Assembly (NCBI GenBank): GCA_050248855.1
Contig: JBFWRP010000005.1
Coordinates: 32,001 to 96,000 of the forward strand
Length of the DNA stretch: 64,000 nt
Source of the DNA: Planctomycetota bacterium
Lineage (GTDB): Bacteria > Planctomycetota > PLA2 > JAEUHO01
Direction: 5' to 3'
Part shown: positions 9,507-18,258 of the stretch, one piece after another
How positions within the stretch are numbered: position 1 is the stretch's first letter
How the letters are laid out: every line of letters starts with the position of its first letter
The notes under the pieces: generated by a model
What the model was told of the DNA's origin: nothing
Databases searched by the model: none
The model's input: the letters and a program-made list of their open reading frames with translations, nothing else
Made by a program: the position numbers and the translations under genes

Positions 9507-10610
9507 TCAGATGTTCAGCTGGATGTCGGGCAGGTTGACGATGTACTTCAGGTTGAACATCCACCGGAGCACCATCTTGATGGGCACGGCGGCCATGATC
9601 AGACCCAAGTTGGCGACCACGCCGAAGCGGATGGCGCCCAGCTCCCGGAAGAGCTTCTTGCCGATCGTGTTGGCGAAGATCACGGGCAGTACGCCCATGT
9701 AGCCGACGACCAGCAGGATGCCCGGCAGCTCACGCAAGAGCACGCTCTCCGGCTCCATGCCGCCGAGCAGCTTCACGTAGAAGATCTCGCTCACGTCGAT
9801 GTTGAGCAGCGGCTCGACCTTGTTCACGTCCCAAGGCTCGAACACACCGAAGAAGTTCCACCCGGGCCCGCGCAGGAACGTGCCGAGGAACACCTGCAGG
9901 ACCCAGAGGATGAGGAAGCCGAAGAGGAAGACCGAGATGGCCCCCTTGCGCCCCTTCAACGTGTAGTAGCCGTTGCCCTTGGGGTTGCGATCCACGTAGG
10001 GGATGGCCATGAGCCCGATCATGATCAGCATGGGGATCAGGATGCCGGCCAGCCACGGGTCGAAGTAGACGAGCAGCTCCTGCAGGCCGAGGAAGTACCA
10101 CGGCGCCTTGGCCGGGTTGGGCGTGCGACCGGCGTTGGCCGGCTCCTCCAGCGGCGCCTCGAGCAACACGGCCCACACGATGAGGACCACCGCGCAGGCG
10201 ACCATGGCAATGAGCTCGGTATAGACCAAGTCCGGCCAGACCAGGACCTTGCGCGTCTTCTCGGCGGCCTCGACGGGCGGCTCGCCCTTGGCGATGCGCG
10301 CGTCGTTGACCGAAGCCTTGCGCAGCGACAGCCAGTAGAAGAAGAACAACAGGCCCAAGATCATGACGATCGGGACGTTGTCCGGCTTGGTGAGGCTTCG
10401 CACGAACTCGGCGTGGCCCTCGACCAGCCCGATCGGCAGGCAGGCGTAGACGAGCAACAGGACCAGGAACGCGCCGATCGCCAGGGCAATCGGCGGCCGG
10501 GTCCAGACGTGCGCGAACTTCAAGCTGAGGATCAACAGCACGATGCTGATGGCGGAGAGGATCTCCGGCCGGGTCAGCACGTTGAGGATGCGGTCGATGG
10601 TCTCGAACAC
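9507..10610 (-). CDS. Cytochrome b C-terminal / subunit IV-like protein (PetD-like) with extra TM helices
   Basis: VWPDLVYTE, APLEEPAN..TPNPAKAPWYFLGLQELL, IPYVDRNP; follows cytochrome b6-like gene. Confidence 0.85.
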   Translation of the reverse strand: MFETIDRILNVLTRPEILSAISIVLLILSLKFAHVWTRPPIALAIGAFLVLLLVYACLPIGLVEGHAEFVRSLTKPDNVPIVMILGLLFFFYWLSLRKASVNDARIAKGEPPVEAAEKTRKVLVWPDLVYTELIAMVACAVVLIVWAVLLEAPLEEPANAGRTPNPAKAPWYFLGLQELLVYFDPWLAGILIPMLIMIGLMAIPYVDRNPKGNGYYTLKGRKGAISVFLFGFLILWVLQVFLGTFLRGPGWNFFGVFEPWDVNKVEPLLNIDVSEIFYVKLLGGMEPESVLLRELPGILLVVGYMGVLPVIFANTIGKKLFRELGAIRFGVVANLGLIMAAVPIKMVLRWMFNLKYIVNLPDIQLNI

Positions 10611-10634
10611 GGGTGCCTCCCTCGCCTCGGCCGA

Positions 10635-11402
10635 TCAGAGCGGGCCGCTGATGCCGCCGTCCTTGCGGACGCGCCAGAAGTGGACCGCCATGAGCACCAT
10701 CGCGATCACGGGCACCGCGATGCAGTGGAGCACGTAGAAGCGCAGCAGCGTCTGCTCGCCCACGAACCGTCCGCCGAGGAGGGCGTACCGGATGTCGTTG
10801 CCTGACGTGACGAACTGGATGTCGTCCAGCACGAGCAGGTTGGAGAGCGGGCCCTCCGTGCCGATGGCCGGGTGGGCGCGGGCCATGTTCGAGCCGACCG
10901 TCACGGCCCAGATGGCCAGCTGGTCCCAGGGCAGCAAGTACCCCGTGAACGACATGAACAGGGTCACGACGAGCAAGATGACGCCGATGCCCCAGTTGAA
11001 CTCGCGCGGCGGCTTGTACGACCCCGTCATGAAGACGCGGAACATGTGCAACCAGACCGTGATGACCATCGCGTGGGCGCCCCAGCGATGGATCTCGCGC
11101 ATGATGCCGAGCGGGATGTCTTCGCGCAGCGCCATGATGTCGGAGTAGGCGCTGGCGGCGACCGGCCGGTAGTAGAACATCAGCAAGATGCCGGTGACGG
11201 TCTCGACGAGGAACAGGAAGAACGTCAGCCCACCCATGCACCACGTGAACGAGAGCCGGATGCCCGAGGCGCGGGCCCGCACCGGGTGCAGGTGCAGGAA
11301 GACGTTGGCCAGCATGACCATGGCGCGGTTGCGCGCCGTGGTCGGCGGACCGTGTCGGAAGATGCTCTTCCAGATCTGCGATTCGCGAAGGGCCTTGAGC
11401 AT
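10635..11402 (-). CDS. petB: Cytochrome b6-like subunit (split cytochrome b)
   Basis: WCMGG (haem ci Cys), REIHRWGAH..WLHMFRVF, TGYLLPWDQ, FYVLHC...VH with 14-residue His spacing. Confidence 0.9.
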   Translation of the reverse strand: MLKALRESQIWKSIFRHGPPTTARNRAMVMLANVFLHLHPVRARASGIRLSFTWCMGGLTFFLFLVETVTGILLMFYYRPVAASAYSDIMALREDIPLGIMREIHRWGAHAMVITVWLHMFRVFMTGSYKPPREFNWGIGVILLVVTLFMSFTGYLLPWDQLAIWAVTVGSNMARAHPAIGTEGPLSNLLVLDDIQFVTSGNDIRYALLGGRFVGEQTLLRFYVLHCIAVPVIAMVLMAVHFWRVRKDGGISGPL

Positions 11403-11417
11403 GCTGGTCTCCGCCGG

Positions 11418-12056
11418 TCAGGCCGGGAGATAGAACTGGGGGGCGTCGCAGGTGCCCTGCTCGGGCTGGCACTTGGCCGTCTTGTCGACGAGCACCTTGC
11501 CCGTGACCGGGTCCAGCGCCACACGGAAGCGCTCCAGCGGGCGCGGCGTGGGGCCTTCGAAGTTGACGCCGTCGATGTAGTAGCCCGAGCCGTGGCAGGG
11601 GCACTTGTACTTGGCGTCGCCGGGCAGCCAGTTGGGCGTGCAGCCCAGGTGCGTACACACGGTGGACAGCGCCATGATCCGGCCGCCCGTGTTGACCATC
11701 CAGACGCCGTTCGTCTCCTTCCACGTCTCGTCCACCTTCTCGGCCGTGAAGGTGCTCGGCGCAGCCGTCAGGAACTTCTGCGGCGGCTCGAACGACACGT
11801 TGGGGAACAGGAAGCGCACGGTGGCCAGCGTGCCGATGCCGCCTGCGGTGGCGAATGCGGCCCAGCCGTGGAACGCGGCGCTGAACACGCCGCGGCGCGT
11901 GACCTTCATGGGCTCGCGGCCGTCCTTGGGCGCCAGGCGTTCGATCTGCTTGGCCGTCTTCGAGCCGTCCTCGACGGGGAAGTCGTAGGGCCAGGGGCTC
12001 GGCCACGCCGGCGGCGGCGTGGTTCCCTTCACGGGAGCAGAGGATTCGTCGCTCAT
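11418..12056 (-). CDS. petC: Rieske 2Fe-2S subunit
   Basis: CTHLGC and CPCHGSGY boxes, GPTPRPL, twin-arginine TRRGVF before the TM helix. Confidence 0.92.
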   Translation of the reverse strand: MSDESSAPVKGTTPPPAWPSPWPYDFPVEDGSKTAKQIERLAPKDGREPMKVTRRGVFSAAFHGWAAFATAGGIGTLATVRFLFPNVSFEPPQKFLTAAPSTFTAEKVDETWKETNGVWMVNTGGRIMALSTVCTHLGCTPNWLPGDAKYKCPCHGSGYYIDGVNFEGPTPRPLERFRVALDPVTGKVLVDKTAKCQPEQGTCDAPQFYLPA

Positions 12057-13150
12057 CGCTGTCCTCCGGTGGATTCGGCCGGGCCTGCGTCCCAGCGCGC
12101 CAGGGCCTGGCGGGCGGCGGCGCGAACCGCGTCGTCGCCCTCGTGGGCCGTGTCGGTCAGCCGCTCGACGAGCGGCTTCAAGTCGGGGTCGCGCAGCGCC
12201 AAGGCCGAGCCGATGGCGTTGCCGAGCGCCGCGGACTGGAACGCCGGGTCGATGCCCAGCTCCTCCAGACCGCCGCGGGACAGCGACTGTGCGAGGAGGT
12301 GCTTGCCCGACGCATCGCCGCGGCGAGCCAACCCGTACGCGGCGTTCAGGCGGATGCCCGCGCTGGGGGCATCGAGCCCCGACGTCAGCAGCTGGCGCGT
12401 CTGGGGGCTGTCGGCTTGCGCGCCCCCGTGGCGGGGCAGCCCGAGCAACGCCAAGCCGCTCATGCCCATCGTGCGCACCTCGACGTCTTTCTCTGCAGGT
12501 CCCGCCATGGTCACGTAGGCGGACTCGGCAAGGCGCGACTCGAAGTGCAGCAAGCCCGCAGCCGCCGCGCGACGCACGTCGCTGGATGCAGCCTTGCGGC
12601 CTTCGCCCGGGTAGAGGACGTCGAGCAACACGGGCAAGGCGCCGATCACCTCGGCGCGACCCAACGCGCGCGCGAGGCCCTGCTGGCGCTCCTCGCTCTC
12701 CTCCTCGCGGGCGAGACGGAACGCCCTGAGCAGCCGCTCCTGGAAGTCGGGGGCCGCGTAGAACGGCGCGGGCTCGACGGGCTCGCCCGCGCGGCGCTGC
12801 GCCTCGACGCGGTTGCGCTCTTCGGCGATGGCGATGGCCAGCTGCTGCGAGGCCTGCTGCTGGCGGTTCTCCCCGCCGTCCAAGAGCACCGTCAGCATGC
12901 CCTCCGGCGTCGTCTCCTCCTTGCCGAGCAGGCCGAACAGGAGGAACAGACCGACCGCCGCGACCACGATCAAGACGGGGAAGAAGAAGTACTGCCAGAG
13001 CAGCAGGGAGCGCTTGCCCCCCGGGGTCTCGGGCTGCTGCCGCTGGAACAGCGGGTCCCCCGCATTCGCCTTCGACGGCGCCGCGCCGGCGGCGCCGGTC
13101 CCGGCGTCAGGGCCGCCCTGGGGCGGTTCGGGGGAGGGCGTCGAGGGCAC
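12053..13150 (-). CDS. Membrane-anchored HEAT-repeat protein
   Basis: One TM helix; repeats such as DVRRAAAAGL, IRLNAAYGLA, AVRAAARQAL; ATGA overlap with the Rieske gene. Confidence 0.7.
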   Translation of the reverse strand: MPSTPSPEPPQGGPDAGTGAAGAAPSKANAGDPLFQRQQPETPGGKRSLLLWQYFFFPVLIVVAAVGLFLLFGLLGKEETTPEGMLTVLLDGGENRQQQASQQLAIAIAEERNRVEAQRRAGEPVEPAPFYAAPDFQERLLRAFRLAREEESEERQQGLARALGRAEVIGALPVLLDVLYPGEGRKAASSDVRRAAAAGLLHFESRLAESAYVTMAGPAEKDVEVRTMGMSGLALLGLPRHGGAQADSPQTRQLLTSGLDAPSAGIRLNAAYGLARRGDASGKHLLAQSLSRGGLEELGIDPAFQSAALGNAIGSALALRDPDLKPLVERLTDTAHEGDDAVRAAARQALARWDAGPAESTGGQR

Positions 13151-13610
13151 GTATGTCCGCTGGTGCTCGGGAGGCAGGGATGGACCGCTGGCGACCCCCG
13201 GCCTCCCCGCCGGGATCGCGCCGTGAGTCTAGGGATCTGGGCCCCCCCTCCGAAGGTTTGCCGCCCCCGCGACCGTGCGCGCGAGGCCTCCTCGCAGGGG
13301 CTGGTCGGCGAACGTGCGTTCGTCGGGTCGGAGGCGCGCCGGGCGAAACCACAGCGCTCGTGCGATACATGAGAACGGCTCGCAGGATGAAGGTGGCTCT
13401 CGACCTCTGCTCGGGAGCCACCCTGGGGCGTTCGCAATGTCGCGCGCGCTCGACACGCAGCGCCCCGGTGACGAGTCGTCTGGACGCTCGATCCGGGCGA
13501 GGCCCAGGTTTCCGGGCCTCGACCTCGCGGTCCCCCTCTTGCGTTCGAGGCGGTCGTGGTGGAGGACAGACGCGTCCGGCGGCAACGCCTGCGCGTCGCG
13601 AGGACCCGCC

Positions 13611-15632
13611 ATGCCCATCCTCATCCGCTCCGTTCGCCGCTTGCCCCTCGCCCTCCAAGCCGCCGCCGTGGCGACCCTCCTCACCGCGTGCGGTGCTCCT
13701 ACCGACACGCTGCGTCCGGCGACGCTGTCGATGTCGCCGCGCGTCGTGGACGCCAGTGCCAGCGCGCCGTGCGTGATCCGGGGCATGGACTTCGGTGACG
13801 GGCCCGTCTCGGTGCGCCTCATCGACCATGACGGTCGCATCGTGGGCCCCGTGCGGACCACCGAGCCCAGTGCCGACGGCCACCAGCTGGCCATGCTGAC
13901 GGCGATCCTGCCCGAGCTCGAAGACGACACGTGGGTGCGCGTGCAGATCCAGACGGCCGACGGGCGCATCGCCTGCACGGACGAGAACGTGCTCGTGAAG
14001 GCCGGCGTCGAGGCGCCGCGCCTGATCGATGGCCGCGAGACCAACCCGTCGGACGCCGCCATGGGCTCGACCGGAATCGGTCTGCGACGCGATGTGCCGC
14101 CGGCCTTCGCCGATGGGGTGGCGACGCTGGCCCGACCCGAGCAGAAGAACCCGCGCACCATCAGCAACACGTTGGTGGCGCAGCCGGCGGCCCTGCCGCC
14201 CGTGACCGGGGCGGTGCCCTCGGACCTGTTCTGGTGCTTCGGCCAGTTCCTCGACCACGACCTGGACCTCTCGCCCGAGAGCGAGAGCGGCGAGCGCGCC
14301 GACGTGGCGATCCCCGCAGGTGACCCGTGGTTCGACCCGTTCGCGACGGGCGCCGTCGTGCTGCCCTTCAAGCGCTCGGCCGCCCTCACCGGGAGCGGCG
14401 ACGGGCCTGGCGACCCGCGCCGGCCCATGAACGCCATCACGGCGTGGATCGACGGCTCGAACGTGTACGGCTCCGACCCGGAACGGGCCCGCGCGCTGCG
14501 CACGCTCGACGGCACGGGGCGCCTGCGGGTCGACGCCGAAGGCTTCCTGCCCCTCAACACGGAGGGCTTTCCCAACGCGCCTACGCCGCACGACCCCACG
14601 CTGTTCCTCGCGGGCGACGTCCGCGCCAACGAACAGGTCGGTCTGACGGCATTGCACACGATCTTCGTCCGCGAGCACAACCTCGTGGCCGACGAGCTGC
14701 GCGCGGCCAACCCGCACCTGTCCGGGGACGAGATCTACGAGGCGGCCCGCCGCTTCGTCGGCGCCGAGCTGCAGGCGATCGCCTACGAGGAGTTCCTCCC
14801 GACGCTGCTCGGCGAGGGCGCGCTGCCGCCGTACGCAGGCCTGCGCACGGACGAAGACGCCTCGATCGGCGTGTTGTTCTCGACGGCCGCGTTCCGCCTG
14901 GGCCACACGATGGTCGGCGGCACGATCCTCCGGCTCACGCGCTACGGGACGCCGCTTGCCGAGGGCCATCTGAGCCTGCGCGACGCGTTCTTCCAGCCGC
15001 AGATCCTGCGTACGGAGGGCGGTGTGGATCCCGTGCTACGCGGCTTGGCGGCCAACCCGGCCCAGGCGATCGACCCGTTCATCGTGGACGACTTGCGCAA
15101 CTTCCTGTTCGGCCCTCCCGGCGCCGGCGGCCTCGATCTCGCAGCCTTGAACATCCAGCGCGGTCGCGACCACGGCCTGCCGTCGTACAACGCGTGTCGC
15201 GTGGCCTACGGCTTGGCGCCGCGCGCGTCGTTCGACGAGGTGACGAGCAACCCCGAGGTGCGCACGCGTCTCGCGGCCTGCTGGGACAGCCCCGATGTCG
15301 CCGACCCGTGGCCGGTGCTCCTGGCCGAGGACCGTGCTCCGCTCTCGCTCGTGGGCGAGACGCTGACGACGGTGCTCGCCGACCAGTTCCGCCGCGTGCG
15401 TGACGCCGACCGGTGCTGGTACGAACGGATCTACCTCGGCGAGACGTTGGCGCGTCTGAAGGCCACACGGCTCGCGGACGTGATCCGTCGCACGACGACG
15501 ATCCGCAACGAGATCTCGAGCACGGCCATGCTGGTGCCCGAAGTCGGGGCCGCTTCCACCAAGGGCGCCGTGCGCGAGAGCACGCGCAGCGCCGCGGAGC
15601 TGGGCAAGGTGGCGCTGGCCTTGGCGAAGTAG
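13611..15632 (+). CDS. Lipoprotein haem peroxidase, peroxidase-cyclooxygenase (animal peroxidase) superfamily
   Basis: Start at 13611 after GAGGA; lipobox LTAC; FGQFLDHD, NAITAWIDGSNVYGS, AGDVRANEQ, FRLGHTM, DLAALNIQRGRDHG. Confidence 0.9.
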   Translation: MPILIRSVRRLPLALQAAAVATLLTACGAPTDTLRPATLSMSPRVVDASASAPCVIRGMDFGDGPVSVRLIDHDGRIVGPVRTTEPSADGHQLAMLTAILPELEDDTWVRVQIQTADGRIACTDENVLVKAGVEAPRLIDGRETNPSDAAMGSTGIGLRRDVPPAFADGVATLARPEQKNPRTISNTLVAQPAALPPVTGAVPSDLFWCFGQFLDHDLDLSPESESGERADVAIPAGDPWFDPFATGAVVLPFKRSAALTGSGDGPGDPRRPMNAITAWIDGSNVYGSDPERARALRTLDGTGRLRVDAEGFLPLNTEGFPNAPTPHDPTLFLAGDVRANEQVGLTALHTIFVREHNLVADELRAANPHLSGDEIYEAARRFVGAELQAIAYEEFLPTLLGEGALPPYAGLRTDEDASIGVLFSTAAFRLGHTMVGGTILRLTRYGTPLAEGHLSLRDAFFQPQILRTEGGVDPVLRGLAANPAQAIDPFIVDDLRNFLFGPPGAGGLDLAALNIQRGRDHGLPSYNACRVAYGLAPRASFDEVTSNPEVRTRLAACWDSPDVADPWPVLLAEDRAPLSLVGETLTTVLADQFRRVRDADRCWYERIYLGETLARLKATRLADVIRRTTTIRNEISSTAMLVPEVGAASTKGAVRESTRSAAELGKVALALAK

Positions 15633-15651
15633 CGACCACGGCGCCGTGCCG

Positions 15652-15747
15652 TACGGAGTCGGGTGAGATTCCAACCTCGGGCCGCCATGCCCTTCCGCAT
15701 GGGTTGGGTCCTTGCGGCCCGAGGTTGGAATCTCACCCGACTCCGTA
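15652..15747. repeat. Perfect 34-bp inverted repeat with 28-nt spacer (REP-doublet/MITE-like)
   Basis: TACGGAGTCGGGTGAGATTCCAACCTCGGGCCGC (15652-15685) and its exact reverse complement (15714-15747), between convergent genes. Confidence 0.9.
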
Positions 15748-15790
15748 GCGCGGAAGCAGCGTCTACGGGTCGGAGCCCGAGGCCGCGAGG

Positions 15791-16813
15791 TCAGCGACCG
15801 GCGCGAGCGCCCTGCGTGACCTTCGCCAGGAGGCGCAGGTCGTCGGCGAGGTCGCGGAAGGCGTCGGGCTCCAGGGCCTGTTCGGCGTCGCAGCGGGCGC
15901 GCTCGGGACGCGCGTGCACCTCGACCATCACGCCATCGGCGCCCGCGGCGCACGCAGCGCGCGCCATGGGCGGCACGAAGCGGGCCTGCCCCGTGGCATG
16001 GCTCGGGTCCACGATCACCGGCAAATGCGACCGGGCCTTGGCCACCGGGACGGCAGCGAGGTCCAGCAGGTTGCGCGTGGCCGGGTCGAAGCCACGGACC
16101 CCACGCTCGCAGAGCACCACGTTGGGGTTGCCCTGCGCCAGCACGTACTCGGCCGCCAGCAGCCAGTCGGCCACGGTGGCGGAACGTCCGCGCTTCAAGA
16201 GCACGGGATGGCCGCTGCGCCCGACCTCGACCAGCAGGTCGAAGTTGCTCATGTTGCGCGTGCCGATCTGCAACATGTCGACGTTGCTGACGCACGCCTC
16301 GACGTGGCGCGGGTCCGTGACTTCGCTCACCACCGGCAGCCCCGTCGACAAGCCGACTTCGCGCAGGATGCGCAGGCCCTCGAGGCCCATGCCGCGGAAC
16401 GCATAGGGGCTGGTGCGCGGCTTGTAGGCCCCACCGCGCAGCATGTCGGCACCGGCCGACTTCACGGCCTGCGCCGTGGCCATCAGCTGGTCGCTGCTCT
16501 CGACGGCGCAGGGGCCCGCGATCAGCGTGAACCCGCCACCCCCGATGCGATGGCCGCGCACCGTCACGACCGTCGGCTCGGACTGGTGCTCGCGACCGGC
16601 CAGGGCGTAGGGCTCGGTGAGCGTGACCACCTTGCGCACGCCCGGCAGCAGCGTCAGTGGCGTGTGGCGCAGCTCGTCGAGGTCGCCCTCGACGACCCAG
16701 AGCGCACCGTAGGGGCTCTGGGTCTCGCGCCACGTGCAGCCGGCGCTCTTGACCACGTCGTCCAGCGCGTCGCGGTCGGCCTCGCGGATGCGGGGGTCGA
16801 GGAGGATCAGCAT
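15791..16813 (-). CDS. aroF: 3-deoxy-7-phosphoheptulonate (DAHP) synthase, class I-beta
   Basis: IAGPCAVES, RGGAYKPRTSPYAF, QIGTRNMSNF, LKRG, LCERG, VDPSH, EVH..PE.A.CD; short N-terminal regulatory domain. Confidence 0.93.
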   Translation of the reverse strand: MLILLDPRIREADRDALDDVVKSAGCTWRETQSPYGALWVVEGDLDELRHTPLTLLPGVRKVVTLTEPYALAGREHQSEPTVVTVRGHRIGGGGFTLIAGPCAVESSDQLMATAQAVKSAGADMLRGGAYKPRTSPYAFRGMGLEGLRILREVGLSTGLPVVSEVTDPRHVEACVSNVDMLQIGTRNMSNFDLLVEVGRSGHPVLLKRGRSATVADWLLAAEYVLAQGNPNVVLCERGVRGFDPATRNLLDLAAVPVAKARSHLPVIVDPSHATGQARFVPPMARAACAAGADGVMVEVHARPERARCDAEQALEPDAFRDLADDLRLLAKVTQGARAGR

Positions 16814-16956
16814 GGCGGGCGGAGTGTACGGCTGGCGGCACCGCCCGCCCCCGGGTGTCCGGGCGTGAGAGCGTCCCGACCGGGGGTGCGCGGGCGCGGT
16901 TCGCCGCGTGCCCGGCGGCGCCTGCTCCGGAGGCCCGTGGCGGGTACGCTCCCGCC

Positions 16957-17706
16957 ATGAACGCTTCGCGCATCCCTCTCGTCGCCGGCAACTGGAAGAT
17001 GCACGGGTCCCGCGCCGAGGCGCGGGCCTGGGCTCGCGCGGCGGCGGGGAACGCCGCACGCGCATCGTGCGACGTGGCCGTCTTTCCACCGGCACCTTGG
17101 CTCGTGGACGTCGTGGAGGCGGCAGGCCCCAAGGTGCTCGTGGGCGCACAGGCCTGCGACGCGCGCGCGTCGGGGGCTTTCACCGGCGCCGTCTCGGCCG
17201 CGATGGTCGCGGACACGGGCGCCACCCTCGTCCTCTGCGGCCACTCCGAGCGCCGCCACGTCTTCGGCGAGTCGGACGAGCACGTCGCCGCCAGCGCGGA
17301 ACGGGCCTGGGAGGCGGGGCTGACGCCCGTCCTCTGCGTGGGCGAGACCCTCGCGGAACGTCGGGCGGGGCGCACGCGCGAGGTCGTCCTGCGCCAGCTG
17401 CTCGCCGTGTTGGGTCGGGTGCCCGGGCCCAGCGCCCCCCTGATCCTCGCCTACGAGCCGGTCTGGGCCATCGGCACGGGCCAGGCGGCCACGCCCCTGG
17501 AGGCCGCCGAGGCCCACGGCTGGCTCCGGGCAGCCGTGGCCGAGCGGGACGCCGATCGGGCCGCGGCGCTGCGAATCCTCTACGGGGGCAGCGTCAAGCC
17601 CGACAACATGGGGGGCTTCCTCGCCGTGGACGATGTGGACGGCGCCCTCGTGGGCGGCGCATCCCTCGACCCGGAGAGCTTTGCCCGCCTCCTGCTCCTG
17701 GCCTGA
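16957..17706 (+). CDS. tpiA: Triosephosphate isomerase
   Basis: VAGNWKMHG, GAFTG, GHSERR, AYEPVWAIGTG, LYGGSV, LVGGASL. Confidence 0.97.
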   Translation: MNASRIPLVAGNWKMHGSRAEARAWARAAAGNAARASCDVAVFPPAPWLVDVVEAAGPKVLVGAQACDARASGAFTGAVSAAMVADTGATLVLCGHSERRHVFGESDEHVAASAERAWEAGLTPVLCVGETLAERRAGRTREVVLRQLLAVLGRVPGPSAPLILAYEPVWAIGTGQAATPLEAAEAHGWLRAAVAERDADRAAALRILYGGSVKPDNMGGFLAVDDVDGALVGGASLDPESFARLLLLA

Positions 17707-17718
17707 CGAGAGAACCGC

Positions 17719-18258
17719 ATGGACTTCCTGACCTCCGACCTCCTCACGCTCGCCGCTTGGACGGACATCCTCCGCGGCGTCGTGCTGGTGCTCTTCGTGC
17801 TGAGCGCGCTGCTCGTGCTGCTCGTCGTGCTCGCCCAGGAAGGCAAGGGTGGTGGTCTCTCCGGCGCCTTCGGTGGCGCGGGTGCGGAGACGTTCGGCGT
17901 GAAGGCGGGCACCGTGAATGCCTTCACCTCGTGGATCGCCGTGGCGTTCCTCGGCTTGGCGCTCGTCTACGCGGGCCTGAGCTCGGTAGGCAAGGACCGC
18001 GAGGGAGCTTCGGGCGTCAGCACGGAGCAGTTCACGGGGGAGACGGAGGCGACCGACGCCTCGGGGACCGAGAGCGGCGCGGCGGGCGCGGAAGCGGCCG
18101 GCACCGCGGGCGACGCCAGCGGTGACAGCGACGCCAGCGGTGACAGCGACGCCAGCGCTGGCAGCGAGGCCGGCAGCGGCACGGCGACCAACGGCGGCGA
18201 CGGGACCGGGACCGGCGACGACGGTGGTGGTACCAACGGCGGCGACGAGGGTCGTTGA
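17719..18258 (+). CDS. secG: Preprotein translocase SecG with long Gly/Asp/Ala-rich tail
   Basis: VLAQEGKGGGLSGAFGGAG..FG between two TM helices; follows tpiA. Confidence 0.9.
   Translation: MDFLTSDLLTLAAWTDILRGVVLVLFVLSALLVLLVVLAQEGKGGGLSGAFGGAGAETFGVKAGTVNAFTSWIAVAFLGLALVYAGLSSVGKDREGASGVSTEQFTGETEATDASGTESGAAGAEAAGTAGDASGDSDASGDSDASAGSEAGSGTATNGGDGTGTGDDGGGTNGGDEGR
18110..18157 (+). repeat. 18-bp tandem repeat (about 2.7 copies) in the secG tail
   Basis: GCGACGCCAGCGGTGACA repeated, encoding DASGDS. Confidence 0.85.

Noticed and set aside
3..10805. Very long plus-strand ORFs (1478 aa, 1901 aa), and similarly 20498-26845 on the minus strand
   Set aside because: Antisense shadows of real genes in GC-rich DNA; no motifs, and they overlap well-supported CDSs
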